Made by a program: the position numbers and the translations under genes
Shown here: piece by piece, positions 12,301-27,124 of the stretch
Layout: every line of letters starts with the position of its first letter
How positions within the stretch are numbered: the stretch's first letter is position 1
The notes under the pieces: model-generated
Database searches by the model: none
Told to the model about the DNA's origin: nothing
Seen by the model: the letters and a program-made list of their open reading frames with translations, nothing else
DNA from: the human T2T-CHM13v2.0 reference genome, Homo sapiens
Assembly: GCF_009914755.1 (NCBI RefSeq)
Contig: NC_060929.1
Direction: 5' to 3' (one strand)
Length of the DNA: 64,000 nucleotides

Positions 12301-15136
12301 AAAACTTAGTTGAGTGATCATCTACTAGTTTGTCTATTTTAAGCTTCCCTTTTATCCCATGAATGTTATTCCATTTGCAAGTGAAGAAGAAGAGTTTATT
12401 TATTTATTTTACTGCTAATGAGCTATTTCATCTTACAAATTCATAGGCAACTGATGCTATGGGAAAGATAATGTGTGCATAGAAGAATGATGAAAAACTG
12501 CTTAAAGGCAGAAAGATTTGAGTTTAGCCTGAAGAATGAATCACATCAAATGAAATGCAGGAGGAAAGAAGGGAAGCTAAAAGTGCTCTGTGTCAAGAGT
12601 CACAATAGGAGAGAGCAGGGCTTTCTTAGAGGGAGAAGACATCGGCCCATGAGGACAACTCAAAGCAAAGATAGGACACTGAGGCTGAGGAAGCAGCAGG
12701 GTCTGGGTGATTCTCAAGTGTCTTGAATGCCAGCCAGAGGAGTTAGCCATTTCTTAGAGACTATGAGAAGGCTTTGAAGCATTTGGTCAGAAAAGGGGCA
12801 GAAAGAATATGGGTATTTTAAAGAAAATCAATTCCTTCTATCCATCACTGTGGAGAGAAAGAAAGAATCAAGAAAAATGATAGAAAAGAGGTACCGATTT
12901 TTTAAAAGCAAAAATTGACATCTTGAGTGTGTACACTAGATACTTTTATGTTTTATGCTAAAAAAGAATTAGGCCCTCATATTAGTCATGATTATAAGAA
13001 CCTCTAAAAACATGAATAATTTAAATGAGATAAGATTAATAAATATAATGCTCTTCATACTCTTTTTTCTCATATATGTTTTTCTCTAGAAAGAAAAACA
13101 CAAATAAAGCATATCTGTTGATGTAATTGTTATCCTTGTGTTTTTTAGAAGGAATTGGTGTGTAGGGGTAAAACAGGAAAGCGAAGAAGATATTAAACTT
13201 GCAACAAGAAAAAGTTAGAAACTTCGATCACAAATGCTGAGTTCCCAAGGTTGTAAATTTTCAGTTCACTTTGACTTTTCCCAGACTCTTTGGTCAAAAC
13301 AAACAAGTAACAAACTAAACAGTTTTTCTATCACCGTTGCAAACCTGATATGAAATCAGAGAGTAGGTATGTGTTCATGGCAGTTCAAGAATATATCACG
13401 AGGTTAGGTGCATGTGCCTATAAGAATAGAAAGTGGTTCTTCAGAGATGTGTGTACTTAGATCAGACATGATATCTATCTAAAAAAAAGAATGATGCTGA
13501 GCTAAGATGGAGGGGAGACCTCCACAGCCCAGAAGTCTGAAACTCTAGAGAAGCATCTGAAATAACATATTAAAATGTTATCTCCTTAATACATGATAAT
13601 TACGCCACCATTGAGAACTCTTCTGTTCCTCAATTAGGCTAGGAAGGTGCAGATTTAGGGGAAGAGGAAGGAATTGACAGTATCACAGGGATGAGAAATA
13701 AAGCAAAACTACCTTCATGTGCAGTGGAATAACTATGCTGAAAAATAATATAGAAACAATGCGATTATTTTAGCTTCTATCAAATATGATTCTCTAAAAA
13801 ATGAGACCATTAGGATCATAGAGCAGATAGTGTGCTTGTATTGAGGTTATTTAGCTCACAAAAAGGAAACTAAAATAGCTTAGGCATCTATTTTGTTTCC
13901 TTTTTGAGATGCAAAATAAGATGGAGAGATATAGTCAATGGGGGAAAATGGTGTTCTAGGATACATATGTGTTGTTTGATACAAAATTTAATAGTGTCTT
14001 ATATGCAGTAGGGTAAAAATAGCATAACCTTTAGTATCTTTTACTGCTGAAGGAAAGAAGACCATTCCGTTATATGCATTTACAGTAATGTAAAATCTCT
14101 GGGCCTAAATCAACTGTATAAAGTTATATACTCTCCCCAGAGCCTTGAGACACCCTCTATACTCCCAGTAAAAGAAAAAAGAAAATGCAATTAGCATGAC
14201 ATTATTAGGTCAGGTAGTCAATTGTTTGCTTATTTTTATATTTGGACTTATCTATCTATATACACACATAAGTGTGTGGATATATAAATGCATACACACT
14301 TCTAAATTGTATACATACTTATATTGTACATATATGTGTATATATATACTCTCTTTACATATATGTATGTGTGAGTGTATATGTATATATCCACACACTA
14401 CTAAATTTTTGGCTTTTAGTGTATGTGATTATTGATTGTAAAAGTAGTGAGAAATATGAATTTCTAGTAAGATAAAAGAATCAAATAATCAATTTGAATT
14501 TTATGCATTTTGAGCACCTAGCAATAATACTGGCTTTTTAGGGCCCAGGAATCAATCACTATTTACCAAAGGAAACAAAATGAAACATCAAGTCAATAGT
14601 TTCCTAAGAGCTGGAGACAACACTTCTAAAAAGAAATGCACAAATACAAAAAAAATTTCTCCCCCAAATTTGTAATATGATAATAGAAGGAACTTAACAA
14701 TTTTTTTGTGGTGATATTATCAAAATAGTTTTTTTCCAACTACTAACCTTAATTACTTTATTTCCTCCCCGAAGGAAAGAATTAACTTTACTAAATGTCC
14801 TATGTGATAGAGTTCCATAAGGAAAGAATTATTTGTGCTTAACACTCTTTTAGAAAATAAGTGGTATGAGGGAGTTTTGATGTTCCACTAAAACATACTG
14901 CTTTCTTTTAAGAAATATATTAAAAATGGCATTTTCTGCCTGAATCTGTCTTTGATTTCTTAGTCTCTTTAGAGACTCTTCTACTAATTTGCTTTTGAAA
15001 GACAGTGCTGTCTTCCACTACTCCTTCCCAGTTCGTTTCTCAGTTGTCTTTCTTTTCTTCAAGTTCTTCCCTGATTAGCAATTTACATTCTTTCTTCTGT
15101 TGGCAAAGTTTGAGACCTCAGACTGCTTTGCTTTTA

Positions 15137-15533
15137 TAGCTGACCCTTGGACAAGGTGGGGGTTGAGGCGCCAACCCCTGCACAGTCAAAAATCCTACTA
15201 TAACTTTTGACTTTCCAAAACTTAAGTACTAACAGCCTACTGTTGACTGGAAGCCTTCCTGATAATTTAACCAGTAAAATAAACACATTTTCGAACAGCC
15301 TACTGTTGACTGGAAGCCTTCCTGATAATTTAACCAGTAAATTAACACATTTTTGAATGTTATATATTTCTATACTGTATTCATACAATAAAGTAAGCTA
15401 TTGAAAGAAAATGTTATTGAGAAAATCACAAGGAAGAGAAAATTCATTTACAGTATTATACTGAATTTATAACATACATATATATCATTGTTTGTTTACA
15501 AGATAAATTATCTGTCTGAAATGGCAGGCAACA
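15137..15533 (-). mobile_element. Tigger2-family DNA transposon fragment
   Basis: TAGCTGACCCTTGGACAA terminal repeat; homologous to the start of the element at 24723; contains a 63-bp tandem duplication. Confidence 0.88.
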
Positions 15534-15799
15534 TAGATAGATGGATAGGTGTTTTTTTTTTCTTTTAATTTTCTTTTATGTTTTGTTTTTCTAATTTTCT
15601 ATTTGTATATATGTTTATTAAAGGAGGCAATGCTTACTAAATGCCTGGTCCAGCGACCAGATCATAGTTAGGATTCAATAAACAGGTATTTTCTAATTAA
15701 TCTATTAACAGAACGTATGTGTTGGACTCTAAAAATTACTCCTTCCCTTATTTTAAAGTTCTGTACTAATACTCAGACTTATTCATGTCAAATCCTTTA

Positions 15800-16480
15800 A
15801 GTTGCTCCAGCCATTATTGAAGGATTCTAGACTTCCCTCTTTGTCTGGCACCTCACAGTAGCTTTCTAACTGACCTTTCTGCTTTCACCTTGTCCCCTTC
15901 CACTGTCTAATCTTAACACAGAAGCCAAAGGGATCCTTTCACCAGAAATCAGATTCTATCCTTCCTCAGCTTAAAACTATCAAGAGCCACACGTCCTTTA
16001 TGCCAGCCCATAGAGCACTGCAAGATCTGGCCTCTAGTTACTTCTCTGACCTCCTGTCTTACTAGTTTCCTCAAAAACTCCATGCTCACCACTGAGTCCT
16101 TACCCCTTAGGCAAAAACTGTAGCTATTCTTCTGCAAGAAATCTTCCAGTATCCACAGGGATTACGCCCTCTTCTCATCCCAGTTCTTGCTCAATCCCCA
16201 CCTTCTCAGTGAGACATCACTTGACCTTGATATTGAAGACTACAGCCTGTGGATCCACAGTCACACCAAAAGCCAACTTCATCCTCCTCTTCCTTCTCCA
16301 CACTTTCTAACCTGCACATCTCTATTGCCTTCCAAATATTGTTTACATTTCATTTTCTGTGTCTCTCAGCTACAGCATAAGATCTGTGACCTGTGAATGC
16401 AGCAATAGGGTCTCCTGTGTTATTGAGGTAGTCCAAGTCTCTGCAATAATGCCTGAAATTTAGTAGATACACAATAGAGT
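15800..16480 (+). mobile_element. L2 LINE 3' region
   Basis: CTAACTGACCTTTCTGC, ACAGAAGCCAAAGGGATCCTTT, CTCAGTGAGACATC, 3' end ATAATGCCTGAAATTTAGTAGATACACAATA. Confidence 0.75.
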
Positions 16481-17286
16481 TCTATTTTTTAAATTGGAAT
16501 TTGACATTTATTCTTACAAATTTTTTTTCTGTTAAGTTCTAGCAATGATTCAAGTCTGTGAAGGGCGTTTAATTTTTTGATCTTCTCACCCAACATAAAA
16601 TAATTGTAGCTATTTTGGTTAACTTGGATATTTATAAATAATGCTTCAACAAAATTTGCTGCTAAGATTCTGTTTTATACAGTTAAGGCCAATTAAAGAG
16701 CTGTGGAACATGCCCCATTAATCAAGATGTCACTGATTTTATAAGCATTTTTGCAAATATTCCATTAAAATGATGACACATTAAAAACTGGTGCAATCTA
16801 CACTTCTTTAAATTGTCCTTAAATTACTTCGAAAAAATCTGTTAACCGCATGTTTGAACTCAACATACATCTTGTCTAAATATTAACTTCATTTTACTAG
16901 TTTCATGATAGCATATTTTTGTAAATGAGTTCAGTTTGAGAAAAGTGATACATAGTGACTTCTAAAAATTATTTTCTAAGAACTCACAAATTGTGGATTT
17001 TTTAAAAAAGGAAAACTTTTGGTGTATAGTAAACAGAACCCATTTTTCCATGTACTTTAACCATTGGGGGATCTTTTGTGTCAAATGTTATTCTGGGCTT
17101 TCTTACGTTCTCCTCCTGTTCTCAATTTTTTCTTTCCCCCCCCGCCCCCTTTTTTTTCTTTTCTGATCAGTGAAGGTTTTAGAGTCATATTTGCATGTTC
17201 TTTTAGAACAATGGTCCTTAAAGTTTAAACTACTTTTAGCAACTAGGTATGTTAGTTTCCTGCAATATGGTCTAAAAGAGTAGCAA

Positions 17287-17480
17287 ACACTGTATATTAA
17301 GAGTAAAACTGCCTGGTTTTGCATGTTTGTGTCCCTGCTTAATGGTCCTGAGATGTGGAAAGCATTGTTTCCAGTCTCTTAGGTGCAACTTCATCTATAT
17401 AAAGATAGCAAGTGGTATTCATTCCGTGTATCGCTCATGGGTCAACCAGAGCTAATGGATGCAGATGCACAGTAATACAT
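17287..17480 (+). mobile_element. MIR SINE, diverged
   Basis: Degenerate MIR core (ACTGCCTGGTTTTGCAT...CTTCATCTATATAAAGAT). Confidence 0.45.
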
Positions 17481-18530
17481 ATCATATTAAGGCAAGAACC
17501 TATTGTGAACTCTTCAAAGGTAGAGCATTGCATTATTTATTGTCACACTTCCTCAGTAACTCGAAGAGTGTTTTGAAAGTTGATACTCTAAAAATATGTG
17601 CTGAGCTAGATTGCATAACATAATGTGGTCAAAAATTCCATTTTTATTATTTAGCTCCTTGATGCAGCACAACAAATTTGAATTATACCTCTACGACAGA
17701 TAAGTAGTAATAAATCCTTATTGGGCAAATACCAATAAATCCCTGGGTAGCTGAAGCAGAGACGTGAGATGTGGGAGATGAGTAAGGTAACCTCTGTCTT
17801 CAGGAACTCATCATTCTTTCTGAGCATTATTGCTTAGAAAACTGGGCAATATTATAATTCTCCAAAAAATATGTCTCTTAATGTTTTAGTATCTCAGGTG
17901 ATCTTTCAGGCAAAGTGAATTTTATGCACTGATCAACACTTATGTACATCGTGTGCCACAAATATACTCTGTCAAATTATGTCAACATCAGCCTTCATCT
18001 CTGACTTTAAATAGGATAACTTTGAAAAATGAAGAACTTCCAACATGACAACAATTTGACTGTCACAAGTTAATACACTTCAAGATAATGTGAACACACA
18101 TTTATCTTAAAAAATGGATTAGCATTTTACTGACTGAATTTAATTGCACTCCATCATCAGACTTAATTATTTTATATATAAGAAATTATGCTTCAAAACT
18201 TATCATACATAGAACCTTTGGAAAAATCCAGGGAACATAAAACACGCCACAACAATTTCTCTGCAAATGAATAAACATAATTCATCATGACATCATGACA
18301 TGTGCTAAGGTCACATTGTAATATTTTAAGATCCATGGACATATTAATGCAGAAATCACATTTGTTCACTGGTACATTCATAGTGGCACTATGTCCTTCA
18401 ACAAAAATGAACCGCAATAATTCTAGTAGATAATGGATAAACAAATGCTATGAGAGGTGTATTTTGTAGCTACTTTATTAAAATTCCATTTTGAAAAAAT
18501 GGAAAGAGATCTCAAAAGCATGAAATAAGT

Positions 18531-19454
18531 TGTGATATTTTGATATAATAATAAATACATATTTAGTCATCATTCCTGGTTTCTGACACACTTTCCTTCT
18601 AAAACTCTTGGAATTTCACCTCTGAATGACAGAGGTGATAAGCGTGTCTTTTATAATTTATAAGAAACCTCTTTCATGCACATCCCAGTTTATGCTAATG
18701 AGATGTCTGGTGGGTAAAAACCCAGAGATAGCTTTAGATTGAGGACTGGTTGCCAGAGGAACCAAACATATGACCAGAAGATTAGAACGTTCAGCCCCAC
18801 CCAGACTGGAAATGGTTGAGTGACTGGAGATTGAGTAAATCACTAATGGCTAGTGATTTAATCAACTCTGACTATGTAACAGAAACCCCATAGAAAACCC
18901 TAACTGAAAGGGTTCAGAGAGATTCCAGGTTGGTGAATGCATTAACGTGCCAGAAGGGAGCTGCACCCCCACTACACAGACTCACAAGCGCCTGTGCACA
19001 GAACCCAGCCAGGCCTGCCCTGTGTCCCTCTTCATCTGGCTGTTCATTTGTATCATCTATGATATTATAATCCTTATTATATGTATAATACATAGGTCAA
19101 CATCAATTAAATATTTCTTTGAGCTCTGTGAATGGTTATAGCAAATTATTGAGCTTGAGGAATAGGTTGTAGGAACTCCCAATTTGCAGCCAAGTTGGAC
19201 AGCTGAATACCCACTACTTGTGACAGGTATCTGAAGTTTAGAGCAGTTTTGTGGACTAAGCCCATAACCTGTGGGATCTGTGCTAACGTCGGGTAGCTAC
19301 TATCAGAATCAAATTAAATTGTGGAACATCCAGTTGATGTTTGCAAAGGATTGGAGAATTGCTTGATGTGGAAAACCTACACATTTGATATCAGAAATAT
19401 TGTAACTTGAAATAAATTATAAGGGTAGTAGATATGGAATTTGTCTTTCTAGTA
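18531..19454 (+). mobile_element. ERVL-type solo LTR (MER21C-like)
   Basis: Starts TGTGATATTTTGATATAATAA; contains TTTATGCTAATGAG, CTGGTTGCCAGAGGAACCAA, CTCTTCATCTGGCTGTTCATTTGTATC, TGTGGAAAACCTACACATTTG. Confidence 0.82.
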
Positions 19455-20310
19455 GAGGACCACTTATACTATTTAATATTTTACAGATATCAACTTATTT
19501 GATGGAAGAAATAACAGTCATTTCTACTTTGAATATGTGATGAAATTTCAATTCACTGTGAGCAAACAAATAATGGTGATAATATAATAATAAAGAGAAA
19601 GGGATTATTATATAGTGTGGACATACAGTTGGCTTTCTGCTTTAGGGTTTTTCATATACAAATAAAAAAAGTTGAAAGAAGAGGCAGTCCTGCAAAAGAC
19701 TAACCATATTAAAGTGTCATATCTATGTTAATTATCTTCTCTTTTGTACTATATCTAGATAGTAGTCATTTCTATACTATAAAGGAAGACCAAGGCCTAA
19801 TAAATTGCAAAATCTATATTAATAGATCACTTTATGGCTCAATTTTTATCTTTCAGAAACATGTTAAAGTAATAGCAGACACAACATTAGGAAGCACTGT
19901 CTTTGAATCCCATAATATTTTCAGTACTATAACATTATTTTGTTAAAACCTGGTTAAAATCTTGCTATCTTTGAAATTTCGAAGTTATAATTCATATCTT
20001 AGAGAAAATCCTATTTTGACTTTATTATATAATTTAGACATTAGAAATTAATAAGTAAACCAATCACTTAATTTCAGCCATTCTAAATAATCAATAACAG
20101 AAACAGATGTTAATTCATTGGAAATAACATAGCAACAAGTAGGACTTGAAAACTGGATATGAACAGACAACAGTTTTGGCCCAAGCTATGCAGTAAGGTC
20201 ATTGCTGTCACTACCATCAATTCCTTTAGAATCACCAATTATCCGATTTGCATTCCTACAAAAGGATGTTTATTAAATGACACAGATTAGACACGACATT
20301 TAACCTTACT

Positions 20311-20609
<299 letters not shown>

Positions 20610-20689
20610 CCATTTAACCTTACTTTTCTCATCTCTGAAATTTAGGGGTAGAGGACAAACTAAGCATTATATATATGTATACCCACAAG

Positions 20690-20691
<2 letters not shown>

Positions 20692-20729
<38 letters not shown>
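20692..20729. repeat. (CA)n microsatellite
   Basis: Directly visible, about 19 units. Confidence 0.97.
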
Positions 20730-20730
<1 letters not shown>

Positions 20731-20739
20731 CACCACAGG

Positions 20740-21640
<901 letters not shown>

Positions 21641-21654
21641 TCATAATTCTCCAG

Positions 21655-21773
21655 TTTTAATTTCTAATACAATAAATATCACTAGATACAACCCATATAA
21701 CCAAAGGCTAACTCGATGATTTTTTTTTTTAAGTATAAAGGATTCTAAATCGAAAACCTTTGAAAACCTCTGG
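21655..21773. mobile_element. hAT-Charlie-type DNA transposon terminal fragment
   Basis: AATACAATAAATATCACTAGATACAACCCATATAA...TTTGAAAACCTCTG followed by GCCTAGAG resembles a Charlie end and target site. Confidence 0.55.
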
Positions 21774-22889
21774 CCTAGAGGGTAGGTCTGTCACACGTCT
21801 CTTTGGTTTTACTAATGGAGAAAGTTAATACCAACATCAGATCATTTCTGAGAATGTGAAGGTGGAGGGGTTGGAAGATGGAAAGCATTGCTGAATTAAC
21901 AGTTTCATGAATGAATGATTTTTCTCAGTCAGTTGTCAAAATGAATCTCAGTTTGTAAGGAGACTGAATTTTTTCATTTGAGCAATTAATCCAATCCCTC
22001 TAATATAAAATAAACTGCTAGTGATAATAATTTAATAGAAGGGTTTAAACTAAACCATTTCTTGTGTTATGCATGTTTCTGCTTTAGCTAGGTGAACTGA
22101 AGCAATATTAATATTTTTATCCATCAGGTTGTGAAATGGTTAAATTAGCTTGAAATTACTACAAAATGGTGCTTTTGAAAACATGATCAAAATGTTCACA
22201 AATGTTAAATATAGGAGCATGAAACTTATTTCACCCAAAGAATTTTGTGGATATTACAAGAGATCAAGCCTGTCATATAAGCATCAAATGCTATCATGCA
22301 GCTTAATATTATATCTTTGATCCTGTCAGATTTATATTTTTGACATGAAAATCAACCCAAACCTCCTTTCTCTATCTGCTGTTAACAAGATCTTTGTTGG
22401 CTTGTGACAGAAAAAGTGTAAAATCACTGAGCTGCTATGTACTTGGGTGAATTTACTTTTAATCTTTTTTCTATACCGGGAAATTGTTCTTTCATCCCTG
22501 GACATTCGTTTAAACTCTCTGTGTTTAATTTTACTAACCTTTGAGACATTTATTTTTCCATTATTCTACTGGAGAACACATGAATAATTATTGAAGAATA
22601 AAAGAATTGAACAAGAAAAATCATACATCTTCTTCTTGGTAGCATACTCAAGACGCTCCTGCATTTCAAGCTATTTTTGGAGGAAGGGAAGGAAATTGAC
22701 TTACCTGAAAACAAATTATATATTCGTTTAATATCTCCTCTCAAATATCCTTTTTAAAAATTTAGATTCAATGGCATTTTTAATTTGAAGTATGTGACCA
22801 TCCTCTAATGATAAAGTGACGTCTCTGTACCATCTATTTCTATCCGGTCAGACCTATGATTTCTTCGAGCAATAGGGTACATTATAAGT

Positions 22890-23265
22890 GACACTGTGTC
22901 TTTGAGTCCTGAGACATAATGTAAACCCTACTGCTGTCATATTGTAAGGATGCCCAAGACACATGAGGCTCTTTAACTGACAGGCACATCTAAGCCCAGT
23001 TTTCAAACTATCTCAGCCCCAAGCCTAGATATGTGAATGATGAAGCCTCCAGATGATTTCAGCAGCCAACCAATTAGACAACCCTGAGACTTTTACATTT
23101 TTTCCTTATAAGGCTCCAGAAAACATGAAACAGAGACAAGTTATCCTCTCTGAGCCCTGTCTGATTTCTTGATCCACAGAAACTTTTAAGCATAAAAATA
23201 AAAGTTGTTGCTTGATACCGGTAAGTATGGAGTGGTTTGTTACACATCAATAGACATCTAGAAGA
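22890..23265 (+). mobile_element. MaLR LTR fragment (MLT1G/H-like)
   Basis: ATGTGAATGATGAAGCCTCCAGATGATTTCAGC, CAGAGACAAGTTATCC, GATCCACAGAA, GGAGTGGTTTGTTACACATCAATAGA. Confidence 0.8.
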
Positions 23266-24161
23266 GATCATTTCCACTAACTATCTTTGTCATTTACCTA
23301 CAGATTTAATTTGCTTTTCCATTCTTAGTGCACCTCCAATTTCACATGTGTAGCAGAAAAAATGCAAAGAATATGATTCTAGACTCTGGCATCTAATTAA
23401 AATATAAGAATACATCCTTATGGAGTAGTCATGGAGAAGCTGAACAGGCTCTCCTCCTTATATTTCTTATAATCATATCTCTAACTCAGGACAAACAACT
23501 GAGCTAAATAATATGTAAACAGACAGTGTGGTTATTTGTAAAGCCCTAAATATTGTGCTCAAAGCCTTTTAAAAATCTGCAGCCAAACTTAAAGGATTTC
23601 GTATTATATCAAAATATACTCTTCTCAAAAAGATAGCTTGTGGAAGATTCACATTTAGGCTGCAGAAATTCTGACAACTGCCTAAAGCTGTTGTTCACCT
23701 CTTGTGGAAAAGTGGCTGCAGATCAAGTGCCACCCCATCCCCCGGTGAGATGTGGCAATCAGAGGAGCTGTACTGTGTACTGAAAAGGCAAGAAGAGTGT
23801 GTGTTTCAGTGAAACTATGAGACCGGTACTTTCTTGGAAGCATTGTCATAGCTGGCTTACATTTTATTGCATGGAATATAACCCATACAATGAGTAAAGC
23901 TATAAATATCATAGTTTTCAACTATGAATTTATCATAAACACATTATTAAACAAAAACTATACTCAGTTGAAAAGGGCAACAATCGGGGAGAGGTAAGCT
24001 TTGAGAGTCATGCTCCTTTGGCACAGAAATCCTGTCTCTAAATCAACAATGCAGCATGCAGTCTGTCCTCTCCTCTCCTCCTCAGTGCCACTCTCTATTT
24101 TTTTAAGATATCTTTTTGCATTACTTTTTATTTTTCTTTAGCTTTTTAAAAATAGGACTTT

Positions 24162-24462
24162 GGCCAGTTGTGGTGGCTCACGCCTATAATCCCAGCACTT
24201 TGGGAGGCTGAGGAGGGCAGATCACCTGAGGTCAGGAGATCAAGATCAGCCTGGTCAACGTGGCAAAACCCCATCTCTGGAGTTTAGCTCGGAGTGGTGG
24301 CAGGCGCCTATAATCCCAGCTACTCCAGAGGATGAGGTGGGAGGATCACTTGAGCCTGGGAGACGGTGATTGCAGTGAGCCCAGATCGCAGCACTGCACT
24401 CCAGCCTGGGCGAAAGAGCAAGACTCTGTCTCAAAACTAACAAACAAACAAACAAACAAAAC
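24162..24462 (+). mobile_element. Alu (J/S-like) with TSD and (AAAC)n tail
   Basis: TSD AATAGGACTTT at 24151-24161 and 24463-24473; central A-rich linker missing. Confidence 0.95.
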
Positions 24463-24722
24463 AATAGGACTTTAAATTTTGACTAATAGGACATTAGGAA
24501 TCATTTCATACAAGGTAAAACACCAGTGAATTCTATGAAGTAGACAGGTCATGTGAATGGTGGCACCTGGCTGAGTATAAGAACACAGAGCAGAGAGTGA
24601 CCAAGGAGAAGTGTGGAGCCCAGGAAGCATCCACAGCGTGCAAATAGATCAACTCTTTAGGTGGAATTAAGCTTCAACATCCTGTGCCCTCTTCTCTATT
24701 TGACAAAGTGGCATTTAAAATA

Positions 24723-26008
24723 CAATTGACCCTTGAACAAGGCAGGGATTGGGGTACCGATGCTAAGCCATCAAATTTCCACATATAACTTTGCAACCCC
24801 CAGAAACTTAGCAACTGACAGTCTACTGTGAACCAGTAGCATAAACAGTCAGAGAAGACCTATTTTGTATGTTATATGGAATATATACTGTATTCTTGCA
24901 ATAAAGCTAGCTAAGAAAAATGTTAAGAAAATCATAAGGAAGACACAGGTACAGTACTTTCCTGCATTTATCGATAAGGTAAGTTTACATCACCCATTTA
25001 CAAGATGAGTCTTCCTGAAGAGGAGGGCACCCACAGCAGCAGACCTCAAGCTACAGTATGTATAAAGCAATTCATATAAGATTTTATTGTAATGTGAGTG
25101 TTTTGTTTCCGGAAGTACTTCCAGGATCATTAGTGGCACTCCCTGTGGGTCTTCTGGTGTTATTCAAGGTTTATGGTATTGCAGTAAAAATGATGAAAAA
25201 TATGCAAGAACGCAAGACATCACTTTTTACTGTGATCCGCAATTTATTGGGGAGACAAACTCATCACATGGGGATGATTAGCATGGCACTGCATTTTTCT
25301 TTTTTTTTCCTTTTTGAGACAGAGTCTTGCTGTCACCCTGGCTGGAGTGCAGTGGCATGATCTCGGCTCACTGCAACCTCTGCCTCCTGGGTTCAAGCGA
25401 TTCTCTGCCTCAGCCTCCCAAGTAGCTGGGTTTACAGGTGCCTGCCACCACGCATGGTTAATTTTTGTATGTTTAGTAGAGACAAAGGTTCACCATCTTG
25501 GCCAAGCTGGTCTTGAACTCCTGACCTTTTGATCCACCCACCTCAGCCTCCCATTACACTGTATTTTAAGTGGATACTCATGACAATTGAGCTCACTGAA
25601 ATAAGCCACAGGAAGTGGCTCTGAAATTACTACAGTAGTATGGTATGTACTATCATTTCTTTTATGCAGTTCTGATTTAATTCTGTATCTTTACATTTGT
25701 TGATTCAACTGGGAATGGCACCAGGTATGGTCTATGTGTGCATAAGTTTTGATAAATTTTAAGTTTTATAATAGATTCGTGTTTATTTTACAGTAGCGAA
25801 TAATAAAATGGAATAGTATCAACTTTTTTTTATTCATGACATATCAACTTTAAAAATATTTTTACGGTACTTCTAAGCTACGTGGTTCACCTGCAATTTT
25901 TTTTCAAATTGTTGCAAATCTCCAAAAATTTGTTCCATGTATTTATTGAAAAAAATTGCATATAAGTTGACCATACCGTTCAAGCCTATGTTGTTAAAGG
26001 GTCAACTG
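24723..26008 (-). mobile_element. Tigger2b-like DNA transposon, both ends present, with nested Alu
   Basis: TIRs CAATTGACCCTTGAACAA / TTGTTAAAGGGTCAACTG, TA at the left flank; about 1 kb after removing the Alu. Confidence 0.92.
25294..25553 (-). mobile_element. AluS, 5'-truncated, inside Tigger2b
   Basis: Antisense Alu ending at CCTCAGCCTCCCA; probable TSD CACTGCATTTT / CACTGTATTTT. Confidence 0.93.
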
Positions 26009-26968
26009 TGTATTCACTAAAGTCTGAAGGAGCTTTAGAGGCTTAATAAATCAGTGATTTTAATTTCACTGGTAATATGCTTGAAATACTTTTAAAACTA
26101 TAAAACAAATAAAATGTCAAATATGTTTTATAACAACTTTTAACACATCAGCAACCATCAATTCATTGTATTATCCAGTTAACCAACTTTTGTACAGACC
26201 TCAGGGCAAAGGTGTTTCTATCCGAATTTGCTAAGTGAGTTCTTAAAACAGGGACTACATGTACTTACTTATCTTTGGTAATCAAAATATTCTCAATTTT
26301 GTAAAAAGAAAGTGAAACAAAACAAAAGGAGACTGAAGTTAATATAAGGCTAACATTTTGATTTGTAAATTCCAGTATTTAATTTCCATATCAAGCAAAA
26401 CAGCTTCATCTTTCTAACTAAATAATGTAATATATATTATAGGTAATAAAATTGACTCTCAAGTATGATTTCATTGTTTTGATTTATTTTCCATTAGATA
26501 GTTTACAAATGATTTGGTAAGGCATGAAATTTTCTTCTGCTACCCAAATACAAATCAGTGTATCAATTTCCAATTTCGTTTTTTTCTGAAAAGTTATGCC
26601 AAGATATTTCACAATTTCATGCCTAGAAATAAAACGTATCTATATATAGATATAAATATGTATATAGATACAAATATATAACTTGTATTTTCAGGATAGA
26701 AAAGGTTTGCATAAGGGTATACCTCAATGAAGGAGTCAAATAGTTAAACCATAGTCTAATTAAATTAAACATTCTGTCATTTATAAAGAAAAAATAAGCG
26801 TTAAAGAATTGCTACAGAATTGTTTTAGTCAGTTGCCATACTGTTGGCCTTGACAGTGTCGAGAATTTTTACATTAAGTACTTCTTGTTTTATGACTTCT
26901 TTTGATTATATTTGTAATAGTAATTCTAGATAACGTTTATTGGGTACTTACAATATAGTCAATAACTT

Positions 26969-27110
26969 TGAAGGGTTTGAGATTTTATCCTGCTTGTATG
27001 CTATGCTAACCTGCTCATAAAGTGTTAGAAATGGTGGCACAAGACAGGAGATGACATTCAGAGAGTAAGGACATCATTACTCAGGACACAGCAGGCAGCA
27101 TGAGCTTCTT
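26969..27110 (-). mobile_element. ERV LTR fragment (family uncertain) inside a MIR
   Basis: TGAAGGGTTTGAGATTTTATCCTGCTTG...ATTACTCAGGACACAGCAGGCAGCATGAGC resembles an ERVL-class LTR end; flanks are MIR-like. Confidence 0.5.
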
Positions 27111-27124
27111 ACATGTTTGGGTGA

